From: Chara braunii
Taxonomy: Eukaryota > Plantae > Charophyceae
Length of the DNA stretch: 41,526 nt
Direction of reading: 5' to 3'
Assembly (NCBI GenBank): GCA_003427395.1
Contig: BFEA01000044.1
Location: 3,790,810-3,832,335, forward strand
Made by a program: the position numbers and the translations under genes. Below are positions 11,530 through 23,628 of this stretch, piece after piece (the first letter of the stretch is position 1; each line of letters opens with the position of its first letter). Below the pieces are notes generated by a model. That model was not told where the DNA came from. It saw only the letters and a list, made by a program, of their open reading frames with translations, and searched no databases.

Positions 11530-11962
11530 TACTTGCATTTGCTTGAACGTACTTGCACGTATCTGCATGAATAACTTGCATTTACTTGCACGCACTTGCA
11601 TGTTGATTTACTTGCACATTCAGGTACTTGCACGGACTTGCATGAACTTGCCCTCACTTGCACATACTTGCACGTATTTGCTCGTACTTGCATGAACGTG
11701 TATTCACTGGCACGCACTTGCATTTACTTGCATTTACTTGCACGTACTTGCATTTAATACCACTCACTTGCACTCACTTGCACGTACGTGCAGGAATTTG
11801 CAGATACTTGCACGTGCTTGCATGTACTTGCACGTGTTTGCATGCACTTGCACGTACTTGCACGTACTTGCATGCATTTGCAGGTACTTGCACGTACTTG
11901 CACGTACTTGCATGCACTTGCAAGTACTTGCATGGGGTTGCACGCACTTGCAAGTACTTGCT
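11530..11962. repeat. Minisatellite, ~10-bp unit ACTTGCACGT
   Basis: About 40 degenerate copies of ACTTGCA(C/T)N3, directly visible. Confidence 0.95.
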
Positions 11963-12869
11963 TACTTCCAGATGATGAGTATGTAGCGTGACAGCGGCTG
12001 GAAGCAGTATCGTAGGATAGCCAGTGGTATTGCAGGTGGGTGATGTATCAGACAGATCGCCTGCTTGGCATTCTGACTCGCGAGATTGGGAAAAGCAGAT
12101 GTTGTGAGGATAGGGTCCGCATACAGTGGGCAAGAGGAGGTCATGTAATAGAAAGTAAGATCTGCTCGAGATTCTGACTGTCAGGACTCAGGACCTTATC
12201 GTCTTGTAGTTTGAAGGTTGTGCAGCTTCTCGAGGGGGCTCAACTCAAATGTAGGTAGTCTCTAGACTCTATGCCAGGTTAGGTGCTGCGAACCTTGGTG
12301 GATGAAGGTGAAAAAAGGATAGAGCTTGGAAGCTTTGTTTTCAAACTTGAATTCAAATTCATTATTCAATTTTATTGAAATTTATGTTTCGCTTGTTTTT
12401 AGCGTGGTGGCAAATGGCGTAGGAGTGGATGCAACCTACCTAGTTCATCTTCAGCGAAAGAGCATGCTTTGCATGTGTACTGATCAGAGGTGTGAAGACT
12501 GTCTATTAGTTGAGTTTGACTCAAGTGTGACACAGAGTCTGTTTTCTGCCCTTAGTTGTGGCACATAGTCTCTGCTTCCCTCGGCCCCACATGTTTCTGT
12601 CACGATTCGATCTTTCGCATTGGAGCATGATGGAGCTAGAACCAGATGTCACCAGACGACACTAGATTGGCTGTAGGATGCAGTTTGGAAGCAGATCAAG
12701 AGTTGCAAGAGGAGGATGTGATTCAGGGCTGGCTGGCAACACGTGAGAAATGCGTGATGGTGATGTAGCAGATGGACACTGACAGGGACAGAGGACATTG
12801 ACGATGAGTTGAGCTTCACAACCATGAATGGAGGGAGATGCTTGACTGCTGTTCAGAAACCGGTGTGCT

Positions 12870-13340
12870 TTCGGAATGTCGTGCAAGACCGCCTTCGAAT
12901 TGGGAGGCGCGTGAACGTGTGTGCATATAACCATGCGGTTTCTGCACACACATTCACGCGCCTTGGAATTGGCTGATCGTAGGAGGCGCGGGAATGTGTG
13001 TGCATAGAAGCGTGCGGATTCTGCCACAATGTATCTGCATTTCTTTGAGTAACATGGTGACAATCTATAACAGCTGTCATAGTGTGCGACAAGGGCGCAG
13101 TTCCAATCGTTTTTAGACAGCCTGTGATGGACAGTCGTGGCCTACAGGGATAATCATAATGATCCGCTTTTACGATGAATGGAACAGTTATCGTGCCCTG
13201 TGGCAGTACTTGTTACACAAAATGCCATGAGCTGTGACAACCATTCTGGCCTACGGGGATTATCATAATGATCTGCTTTTATGACGACTGTGACAGTTAT
13301 CGTGGCCTGTGACAGTACTTGTAAGAGAAAGCACCTTTGA
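12870..13340. repeat. Two small degenerate tandem duplications (~75-bp and ~110-bp units)
   Basis: GGAGGCGCG...GTGTGTGCATA seen twice. TGGCCTAC.GGGAT.ATCATAATGATC.GCTTTTA seen twice (~13138 and ~13247). Confidence 0.7.
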
Positions 13341-14034
13341 GCTGTGATGACCACGTGATAGAACTATCATGACTTGTGACAACGATGTGATAGGACTGCA
13401 ATGGCCTTCTCATGTCAGGCAAAAATAGGGCGACGATGAATTCACAATTCTTCAGAAAATGCCTTGCACAGCAGATCAGAGATTGTTTCCATGATGGGGA
13501 TGGGCGGAGCCATGCGGCAATGAAATTCAATCGCCCGATCAGTGATCACTATTTGACGGTGTAGCGGCAAGACATTTTTTTTCGATGGGAACATTGGGAA
13601 GCACCTTTCAACTGTTACTCTCAACTTTCTAGGCTGGGATGCATTTGCCGCCAGCCCCCAGGTGATCCGAGGGCTTTGGATCCGTTTCTTGGTGAGAGAA
13701 ACCATATGCTTTGGCTGCTGCTAAAGAAGGGTGTATCATCGGCTACATCGCCTACAGTCGACCGCGCAATTAGGTTGCTTGCCCACAGGTACAACTGACT
13801 GATGTGGGCATTGCGTCGGGGTCAATGTTAAAAATCTCTCTCTCATTGTGAGACTTTTGCCATTCACAGGGCCAACCGAAGGGGGGGGAAGGAAATTTCC
13901 GCCCGCTGAAGTCCAGTGTTGATAATTGAAGGGGGGTTAGAACTTAGAACAGCTTTGCGATAAAAGGTGATCAGCATCCCCTTAGTGGGTTCAGTGAAGG
14001 TCAGCATCATTCAACCTGCTGAACAAGGCCCACA

Positions 14035-14383
14035 TGGGACTTTTCTTTGGTCCCAGCGATTTGGTGGGAATTGCTTCTCCATGCATGGTCGTCACATCTG
14101 CTATTGGAATCGACAGCACACCTGTGCTTTACATATGTTTTACAGACGACAGAGTGGAGCCCTGCAACCAGATCTGCTGAACTAGCAGCAGTGTTTTATC
14201 TGCAACGTTGGAGGAATTTCTTGCTCCAGTGATCTGCAGTCGTATTCTCAAAATAATATCTTTCATATGCTTGGCAACAGTACCGAGGACAATAGAAGTT
14301 CATACGCAGTGGCTGTCATCTGTTCTCATCAGCCACAGCAATGATTGCCAAGCCTGTCAGTTGAAAAAGTACAAGAACGGTAC

Positions 14384-14474
<91 letters not shown>

Positions 14475-14964
14475 CATGTCTGAAGCCCAGTTTTGATAAT
14501 GGAAGGGGGCTCCAGCTTTGCGAGTAAACTTGATAAAAGTTGATCAACATGCACTTATTGGATGTAGTGAGGTTTCCATGTTATTTAAGCTGTCAAACAT
14601 GTCCCGGATGGACTTCCTTTGGCCCCAGCAATTTGGTGGGAATCGCTTGTCTATGCATCGTCTTTGGAGCTGCTATGGAATCAACGCTGGCGTGGTTCTT
14701 TCATATCAAAGTATATGTGACTTACAGAGCACTGGATGGAATCGTGTGAGTCAGGTCTGTCGAACGCTGGCAGTAGTGCTCTATTTGCAACATTGGGAGC
14801 ATTTCTTGCTGCGGTGATTTGCAGCCATCGCCCAAGTGTTCTGGCGATCATACGTTGTCTGAGCTGGAGGACTTAAGTTCATACACAGTGACTGCCATCC
14901 AGTCTCATCCGCGACATCAACGACTGCGGAGACCTTAGTATGGGAGGAAGAGAAGTCAGGGGGC

Positions 14965-15032
<68 letters not shown>
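14035..15032 (+). repeat. Two diverged ~350-bp units, each followed by a (GA)n tract
   Basis: GGACTT..TTTGG.CCCAGC.ATTTGGTGGGAAT.GCTT at ~14037 and ~14609; colinear through GTTCATAC.CAGTG.CTG.CATC. (GA)n at 14386-14472 and 14968-15032. Confidence 0.85.
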
Positions 15033-15033
<1 letters not shown>

Positions 15034-15999
15034 NNNNNNNNNNNNNNNNNNNNNNNNNNNNNNNNNNNAGGGAAGGGGAGAAGGGGAGAAGGGGAGAAGG
15101 GGAGAGAGAGGGGGGGGAGGGGGGGAGGAGGATTATGGTAGCATTGGAGTTCTTTGTGCAGAGATGGGTTGGCGATCCTCCTCCACACAGACAGCTTCTG
15201 GCGATTGTGGCGAACTCAAAGGGGTTCACTGGAGAGTTTAATTGTACTCACCCTTCAAGGTTTTGTTCTAAATCTAGTGTTTATATACATGCATCCTATT
15301 ATATCCTTAATTTTTAATTTTCTGCATTTCTTGTGCATTTCTTTTTTAATGTCTGTAATTTCTCTGCCCACGATATTTTCTTATGCCATACTGTGTATGT
15401 TGACGAGTGTACAGGTGGCAGAGGGAGCAGTGTCTGTGTGTAAGGTGTCATGGTTGGTCGTGTTAGTTTGGTTGGTGATCTCCTTGGCTGAGCCAGCTGG
15501 CCACGTGAAGAATTCAATTCCCAAGAACGGACGCCCACATCTTAAACCGCCGATCGGCGTTCCCTCCTTCGGAAACCTGCCCTCCGGTTGACACTGGCCT
15601 GGGGAAGGTTCTGAGCACCCGCCAGCAAAGGGCTGGCGGTGCCAGGCTCATCGCATGCTGCGATAGTCCGGATTTCTTAGGACCGGGGGGAAATTCACAT
15701 TGGGAAAAGGAGTCCCGGAACCACTGGCGGGGATCATTGGTTTCTTGGCTGGTTTAAACCACGATTTCGCCCGGGCGGTGCGCGCCAAGCTTTGCCAAAG
15801 CGACTGTGGTCCAGTAGGGCCCCGAACCGCGAAATGTTCGGAGGCGGCGATGAACGAAATTTCCACAAGGCTGTGAATGTGTACTGGCGGTTTACGGTGA
15901 ATGGTCGATTCAATTTGAGTACCGGCTGTTTTGGTGGTTGGCTTAACTTTACAACCGGTGGTGAGTTTGTTTGTCGGTTCAAAATTGAGCATCCATCAG

Positions 16000-16540
16000 T
16001 TGGTTGAGTGGTTTGTTTAACTGGAGTGTCAGCTGGTACAGTGGATAGTTCAGCTTGGTGGCAGCGTGGTTCGTTGCTTGGTTGACGTGTCGCATTCTGT
16101 GGCTGATTCAGTACTTGGTTCAACTGGATGGCGGGCTGTTCAGAATTAGGAGGCGTCCTGGTTCATTAGTTGGTTCAGGCTTTAGTACTGTGGCTGGTTC
16201 AATTTGATGGCCGGTTGGTTCAGTTTAGTGGCTGCCTGGTTTGTTGGTTGATTCAGGTTTAGAACTGTGGTTTGTTCAACTCGATGGCCAGCTGGTTCAG
16301 CCTGGTCCCTGCCTGGTTCGTTGGTTGGTTCAGGTGTAATACCGTGGTTTTATCTGACAGCCGCCCGCTTTGGGTTGGTGGGTTCCTGGTTTGTTGTTCG
16401 GCTCAGCTTAAGCATCAGCTGGTTTACTCGCTGGTCCAACTTGAGCTTCAGCTGGTTCACTGGGCAGTTCAACTCGACGGCAGATTGGTTCCTGCACTGG
16501 TTCAACTCGATACCTGGCTGGGTGGTAGACTTGAGCTGAA
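16000..16540. repeat. Degenerate TGGTTCA-rich tandem repeat
   Basis: Recurrent GGTTCAACTCGAT / GCTGGTTCAG motifs. Confidence 0.7.
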
Positions 16541-16627
16541 TGCCATCCCCGTCTCTGTTCCATCGAAGTAGTCGAGTAGTACCGTGCTGAAGATCGAACG
16601 CTGGGCGGTTTGTTTGCTGTGGCTTAA

Positions 16628-16828
16628 ACCACCAGTACTTGGCCCAGCTATCGGCCGCGGAGCTTCCTCGTTAAGGCGCTGCGGCATTCGGGCTTCGGCA
16701 CACCGGACCGCATTGGCTGGAGGCCACAGCCAAAATGAAAACGAAAAAGACCGACGGCGGTTTGGCAGGACTTGGCGCGCAGGGGGCTGGGAGGCTCGGC
16801 TTCGATGGCTGGGCCAAGTACTGGTGGT
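16628..16828. mobile_element. MITE with ~25-40-bp TIRs flanked by TTAA
   Basis: TTAA|ACCACCAGTACTTGGCCCAGCTATCG ... CGATGGCTGGGCCAAGTACTGGTGGT|TTAA. Related copies at ~22128-22283 and ~21540-21632 (right end only). Confidence 0.8.
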
Positions 16829-17502
16829 TTAAGTTGAACGCCAATGGAGTTGTTGGTTGGTTTAGCGTTCATGTGATTCGCAGCTGGTTTTGTTGACAGG
16901 CATTTTTTCTGAGTTAGTGTACAGGTGTGGCAGCGGCTTAGAAACGACTACCATGCGCATCGTGCAAGGGAGGGAGGGGGCTTTTGTGTAGTTGCTGGGA
17001 ACTTTGCCTCTTGTTTCCGCGGTGATGGAACTGCAGATTCATTCGATCAGAGCCCCTTATAAAAATCTTGCTTATGATAGAGTAGAGTCACATAGAAAGA
17101 TGTAAGAGAGAGACAGGAGAGTGGGAAAGGCTTTGTAGGCTTGCAAGAGGGGAACTATTTATGTTATGTGGATGGTTCTCTTGGTGGATTAGCTTAACTG
17201 AGGAAATTTGGGCAGATGTGTGTGGCGATGACGATTTTGACCATTTGACAACTTCTGACTGAGAGGATCGGACTCTGAAATTCTGACACGATCACTCATG
17301 ATATCACTGCAGTGGCGTGCAGGACAAGATGTTGAGAAATCAAGGAAGAGTCAGTGCAGTTGTGGAACTGCACAGTTAAATTTTCTTTTTCGAGTGATAA
17401 ACGGTTTCTTTAAGAGCAGCAGTACAGTGCATTGTGGAAGTGAAACGAAATCGATGCTGTAATGTATGTGCGAACTGGATGAGGGTTGGGAGGAAAGTGG
17501 TG

Positions 17503-17573
<71 letters not shown>

Positions 17574-19337
17574 NNNNNNNNNNNNNNNNNNNNNNNNNNN
17601 NNNNNNNNNNNNNNNNNNNNNNNNNNNNNNNNNNNNNNNNNNNNNNNNNNNNNNNNNNNNNNNNNNNNNNNNNNNNNNNNNNNNNNNNNNNNNNNNNNNN
17701 NNNNNNNNNNNNNNNNNNNNNNNNNNNNNNNNNNNNNNNNNNNNNGGGGGGGGGGGGGGGGGGTAAAAGTTTTTCGCGCAAAATTGAGGGGCTGGTTGTT
17801 TTGTGCAGTAGCGCTAGCTTAATTTTCATTTCGTCACTTTCTAGTATCTGCGGCGCATTTTTTTTGTTTTTTTAAGACTTCCTTCAGAATATGTATTAGA
17901 CCAGAGTGATATGGGGGACACAATAAACAATATAGTATTTTATAATTTTTATTATGATGCAGAAACATATTCGAGAACTGAAATTTGGTCTGAGTCGGGG
18001 AGGGGTGGTAGAAGTTTCTCTCTCTGCATATCTGCGTCAAGTTTTTGGGAAAGTTAAGATATTGACCGTAACCTTAATGGGCTTAGAAGAGTGGATCCTT
18101 TTGTTAGGTTTAAGAGGCAGTCCTCCACAAGCTCCATTAAATCCCTGGAGTGATACAGAGTACAGTACCATGCTCCCGCCACAACCGGCTTTTCCTGCAA
18201 GTCGATGTGAGCTTCTGTAGACCACATAGGGAGCCATTGTGGCTATTCGACGACGAGATTGCTCGAGGAAAAATAGCTCTGTGGATGTGGGGGGCAACCG
18301 TAGGCCTTGCCTTGTCCTAAAATTTGTACCGCAATAAGTGAAATCTATAGTGGTGTGGCGGAGCTAAGCAAACTTTGCCAGACTGCGGATCGAGTCCTGT
18401 TGGTGCTAGCTAGCTAGCTAGGTATGTCTCAGCCACCGGGCGTTTCAATTTGTAGGCAATCTAAGGGCCTCCTTGCTCCACTACACAACACTTCTCCCCC
18501 CCCCCCCCAAAAAAAAAACACCTGCATAGGCCCAACTAGAAGCGGTGACATGAGCATTCTCCACTACTTGGTGCACCTGCTGGAAACCGGTGCAGCATCC
18601 CTTTATCAAGATAAGAGTTAATTATACAGGGCAAGACATTATTGATTACCCTCTATACAATACAAGGGGATTAACTCTCTGCCCAATCACGAAGCGGGCC
18701 ACCACCGACTTACCGAAACTACCAACTGATGCCTGATTCAGTAGCAACACGCCTCTGCACGCCGGTGTTATTGAACCATGCGACCTGTCCAACAAATCTA
18801 TCCTCCTTTGGGGAACGGCAACGGTAGACAAACCGCTCTATACTCCCTTCAAGCATAGTCTCCATCTTCCAAAATCTGTTATGCCCTTTCTCTGCAGTCG
18901 GCTCGCTGAATTTGACGGAGTAAATTCTGTCTACTAATCAGAAGATTTTTCTGTTTGTCGACCCTCTGCNCTTTCTCTGCAGTCGGCTCGCTGAATTTGA
19001 CGGAGTAAATTCTGTCTACTAATCAGAAGATTTTTCTGTTTGTCGACCCTCTGCCGAGCAACTACTTGTGATGATACATATGAAGGCTTGGAAGAAAACA
19101 TTGTGACAGCCACATCACTCTATGAATCCGCATACATTGCGAGTGATCAAACATTGGGAATGTATTGGGACCAGAGTGGATCCAGATTCATTGAGAATGC
19201 AGTGTGTATAGCAGATTCAGATTCATTGAAAATGGTTCGTAGTGGAGCAAGGCCCAACTGTTGGGACGAGGTGGCGGAGGCTGTAACTGGGTATTGTGTT
19301 GAGATGAGAGGCTTGGATTGGGAAAAACGGATGCCTA

Positions 19338-19442
19338 CCGTCTTCCCCCGAACATAACGCACCCTAAAAGTGAATGTATACAAGCTATATTTCCGGCCAG
19401 ATACAGCCAAAATAAGGGTGCGTTGTGTTCGGGGGAAGACGG
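19338..19442. mobile_element. 105-bp Tc1/mariner-type MITE, TA target duplication
   Basis: TA|CCGTCTTCCCCCGAACATAACGCACCCT ... AGGGTGCGTTGTGTTCGGGGGAAGACGG|TA: 28-bp near-perfect TIRs. Confidence 0.9.
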
Positions 19443-19854
19443 TAGTCTCTATAGACAGAGGTTAAGTGCACCGTGGTGGACAATGGACCTCACTCAACTG
19501 CACAACACTCCGAATGCATTTGGATGTGGCAATGGCCCCAGTACGTTCAAAGTGGTCGATCAGTCGAAAATTCTCAAATGTACGTGGTCAACCAGATGTC
19601 TAGATACACGATGAACATTGATTGACTAGTGGAGTGAGGCCTAATTACTATTGTCCAAGTAGTTGAGGCTTTAGGTACCTGTGTCGCATGCCAAGATGAA
19701 CAGGAAGGGAGGTGTTGTTGCACAGGTGCACAGCATGATAGGGGGGGGCACTTTTTCTGTGAGCATCTACTGAAAGGGACCAATTTGAAGACCTGACTCT
19801 TCAGTCTTACCCTGAATTTGACTGAAAGGGACCAATTTGAAGAGTAGATCCTTT

Positions 19855-19960
19855 TGTCTTCCCCCAAGTAGAGCGTACGGTCATATCGCTGTATTCAGAC
19901 AGAAAGTTGCCCCCAATACAGGTGTAATGATCATATGTTCTATCCCGGGAAAAGACGTTA
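19855..19960. mobile_element. Diverged copy of the CCGTCTTCCCCCG MITE family
   Basis: GTCTTCCCCCAAG...GGGAAAAGACGTTA. The interior is the reverse-complement homolog of the 20714 copy. Confidence 0.7.
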
Positions 19961-20703
19961 GGTTCTCCTGGGCTAAATAAATGTGCCCCAAGTGGGGTGG
20001 GTGGGTGGTGGGAGGTTGTTTGTAGGAAGGCGAAAGTGTGTTTGGGAGGGGGGCGGGGGCCGGAAGAGAGGGGGGGGGGGTTGGACACGAGCGGGGGAGA
20101 GAATCAGGAAGCTGAAGAGGTGGTCGGGAGGGTGTAAGAGGGTGTCCAATGCCAGGAGAAAGAATAACATAACGGGGCGTACTGACCAGCGGGGTGTACT
20201 AGTAGCACACGCTCAGTCAAGGGTCTTGCTCCGATGCACAACATTTTTTAAATGTTTTTGGAAAAAAACACTGTCCTGATACGTTCAAAACGTTTGATTA
20301 GTCCGGATGCATCTGGTCTAGTGCAGTCTAGAATGTTGAGCAGCGGGGCTGATCATGTGTAGATAAGTTTGAAGCCGAAGTTGGGTGCTTTGCGATACAT
20401 CCTCTTGCCTTGGGTTCAGGTCCTTGGTTGGGTCTTTCATTGGCTTAATGGCCTTGGGTTTGGGTCCTGGTGTGAAATTGCAGGGGTTCATACTATTTTT
20501 TTCTTTCTCCCTCTTCTGTTGGGGGGGGGGGAGGAGGGAGCGGTGGGCAGATACTGCTCATGGCTCCTCGTCATCCCAGATTCGTGTTGTATATTATAAG
20601 GGAAGTCTCACACTGGGACTTTCCTGAATGTAAGGAACTGCAAATACGTCCAAATTGATTTCGAAGTTGAAAACGGTAGGTTTGAAAAGGCCTGTTGTGA
20701 CGC

Positions 20704-20946
20704 GAGCAGCCTACCGTCTTCCCCCGAATACAATGTACTACGGTCATTATAGCTGTATTTGGGGCATCTTTCAGTCTAAATACGGCTATAATGACCGTAC
20801 GCTGTTGTATTCAGGGAAAGAGAAGGTAGCTTGGTTGATTTGCCATGCTAGTGGCATTCAGGCAGGTCTTGGGTTCGAGCCCCCACCGACCGACCGCCTG
20901 GGGCATGCTTGGTGCCAACCAGCTGTGATAGTAGGCTTGCTTCCCC
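20704..20946 (+). mobile_element. tRNA-derived SINE copy (interrupted by the MITE)
   Basis: Removing the MITE gives GAGCAGCCTAGCTTGGTTGAT...AGTGGCATTCAGGCAGGTCTTGGGTTCGAGCCC (A and B boxes). The body CCTGGGGCATGCTT...ACCAGCTGTGATAGTAGGCTTGC matches 40320-40460. Confidence 0.75.
20714..20826. mobile_element. CCGTCTTCCCCCG MITE, inserted in a SINE head
   Basis: TA|CCGTCTTCCCCCGAATACAA...TTGTATTCAGGGAAAGAGAAGG|TA, with internal inverted repeat TACGGTCATTATAGC/GCTATAATGACCGTA. Confidence 0.85.
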
Positions 20947-22127
20947 TGGTCAGTATTATTTGGGTCTTTAGTCAACACGTGTGTGAGTGGGTGGCGTGTA
21001 GTGTGTGGGAGAGTGTTGGCCTTATACACTGCTGTTACTCGACGTGAGTGATCTGAGGATCCTACACAGACATGTGTTGGTTTCCTGCAGATTATCCATT
21101 GTACAATGTATATTGAAATCCATTCAATAAATAGGTGAGGACTTTCCCGCATATATTGAAGTAATAAGGTAAGAAAAATGTGGCAGAGCGACTCGCAGAA
21201 TGCTCGGTCTGGTATGAGTGAGTGTGTAGTTTGTAGTGTGTGGGAGGGGGTTGGCTCTAGACGCTGTTGTTACTCGACGTGGGTGAGGGAAGAAGAAAAA
21301 GGAGGCACGGCAACTGGCAGAATGCTCGGTCTGTGTGTCAGCCCGGTCCCCACCAACGGCCGCGACTGGCAGAATGCTGAGTCTTTGTGTCAGTACATCC
21401 CCCATCAGCGGCCACGTTACTCCCTGGCCACCATAATTAGGGCAGGGGGCAACATGCACCCCCTTCATTGTGAGAGGTGGCTATGTTTGCAGGAGTCCCC
21501 TGTATGCTTGAAGGTGTAGTTTGAGAGTGGAGTGTCAATGCGGATGAATTTGGGCGCTCGAGTAGTGGACCGTTCATTCACGCGCGTCTCGGCTCGCATG
21601 CGGCCGCTGCTTTCGGAAGTACTGGTGGTTCAAAAAGAAAGGGGGGGGGAGTCCTGCTCTGAGTGTATGCCTTGTATTTGGGGGTGATTGTTTGGGCTAC
21701 TTGAGGTTAAAGCACCTGGGGAGCGCAGCCTTTCAAACACCGCCTGCCGGTTAACAGAGAAGTGCGAAAAGGTTTGAAGTGGCCATAGCGGAAACGCTGG
21801 CGATAGCAGGCAAATTGCATCCTGCAAGGATCTGGAATCTGGATACATTGTTGGTGCCACAAAAAAATCAGCACTGGGAAAAAGAGGCTTGGAAGTTGGA
21901 ACCACTGGTGGTCAAACTTTTCCCATGCAGAGAGAGCCCTTCTCTTCTTACAATGATTGAAATCGAAGTAATGAAGGCGACATTCCAGAAGCCCATAATA
22001 GGAGTATACCTTGAGGATAACCCTCTTTCCTCTTTACCTTTTTCATCTCAGTTATTTCCTTGACCAGCCTGCTGAAGCCCGATCACCCTGGAAATGGTCA
22101 GCGGAATCATCGGAGAATATATCCATT

Positions 22128-22283
22128 ATAACTGCCAGTACTTGGCCCAGTTATCGGCCATGGAAAAACATAGAGTAGAACCGTTTTTCGTCGGATGAAT
22201 TCGGGCGCTCCTGTAGTGACGCGTACACTTCCTAAAATCGTGGCTTTTAACGGGCACAACTTCAGGAAGTGTTGGTGGTTTAA
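22128..22283. mobile_element. Diverged copy of the TTAA-flanked MITE family
   Basis: Left end CCAGTACTTGGCCCAGTTATCGGCC, right end AAGTGTTGGTGGTTTAA. The internal CGGATGAATT.GGGCGCTC is shared with 21540-21632. Confidence 0.65.
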
Positions 22284-22583
22284 AGCACCAGGACACTAAA
22301 CTTATGTACGGGGCAGCATGCTTTTCGACTCGACAGCCTCCATGTTAATGTGAGGTTCCAGGGCTCAGCGTGCCCCAAAGTGGCCACCCTTGAAAATGCA
22401 GCCAGGCCACCCTAAACAAAGGCAGGCATGAGAAGGCCAGCAGCTTGAAGGGAGGATTCTAGGCTTGAGAGAAGGTGCCAGCCCTTGAACTAACCACAGT
22501 TGGTTACAGCGGCTGGGACCTGGACTCGGATCTAGTATAGTATACCCGGGTCCTGCTGAGATGAAAAATCCAGTCCTGCTGAG

Positions 22584-22585
<2 letters not shown>

Positions 22586-22649
<64 letters not shown>
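22586..22649. repeat. (GT)n(GA)n compound microsatellite
   Basis: Directly visible. A (TGT)n tract is also present at 23162-23191. Confidence 0.95.
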
Positions 22650-23528
22650 AATGGTGGGAGATGGAGGGTGGAGCTGGAAGGCTGGTCAAGCAAGACTGTG
22701 ACAACACAGCACACACAGTTAACTCACTGTACATGACAGTACTCCAAGACTCATTATGAAAGTGAAGACTGAATGAGGAGACAGACTGCAGCTCGGGGTG
22801 TACTGAATGAGAATACAGACTGCAGCTCGTGTACACCCCTAGCAGACTAACTCGATTGGCCTAGACTGGCATCGAACGCGATACGTGACTAGACAAATAC
22901 ATGGCCTGTGAGAATAAGCGCCGTGGTCCCACAGGCCAGACAGACACAGCCAAAATAGTCCAGCCTGCAGCCAAGGAAGGAGTACCTCTCCATGATCCTC
23001 GAACCTGTAGTTGATTGCAAGAGCCATAAACACGCTATCGGCAAAAACATCGGAACTCTGCAAACAGCTATATTAAAAATCTATTATGTGGAGGAAGCTC
23101 CATGCAAAGCACATGCGATGGGGCTTGAGCTAAATAACGTCCACATGGAAAAAGCAACTACTTGTTGTTGTTGTTGTTGTTGTTGTTGTTGAGGCTGGCT
23201 ACTAGGCATATGACAGGCCCGTGCTCCGGACCATTTGATCATCCCGATGTATTGCCTAACCGGTCCCTTATGAGACACCCTCCCACCTTTACTCATCGTC
23301 ACCAAACCCGGCACATCCCTACTCCCAAGATCCTAGCTGAGTATACCCAGGATCATCACCCATTCTAGTGACCTTTGACCGGGAAGTGGTTATAGACATC
23401 CGGGCTAAGCAGGTTCTCACCCATGTCGGCGTGAATACCCTTACAAGGGTATTCGTGTATATTTTCCCATCTCGTATGAAACGCGTTTGAGATGGTGCTT
23501 GAGATAGTCGCTTATATAGGACATGCAA

Positions 23529-23586
23529 AGCCCTTTCTCGGCCTTTTGGCTAAGATCAAGTGTAGTATCTGTTCCCGACCACCACG

Positions 23587-23627
<41 letters not shown>
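23529..23627 (+). pseudogene. U2: U2 snRNA 5' fragment (nt ~4-46) + 12-nt linker + A41
   Basis: CCTTTCTCGGCCTTTTGGCTAAGATCAAGTGTAGTATCTGTTC (23532-23574) is identical to the plant U2 5' end, including the GTAGTA branch-recognition box. Followed by CCGACCACCACG and poly(A). Confidence 0.95.

Positions 23628-23628
<1 letters not shown>

Noticed and set aside
11530-11962. CRISPR-like array
   Set aside because: No unique spacers, eukaryotic context, no cas genes.
11658-12133. Cys/His-rich ORFs
   Set aside because: Translations of the 10-bp minisatellite.
15415-15591. ACAG|GTGGCAGAG as the next bestrophin exon (starts V-A-E)
   Set aside because: No E-D/N-P-F motif follows, and the frame runs into repeat-derived sequence.
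18886-19054. Exact ~84-bp tandem duplication
   Set aside because: The copies are identical and separated by a single N, typical of an unmerged contig overlap.
19040-19357. 105-aa ORF
   Set aside because: Starts within an artefactual duplication, ends in a MITE, no known motif.
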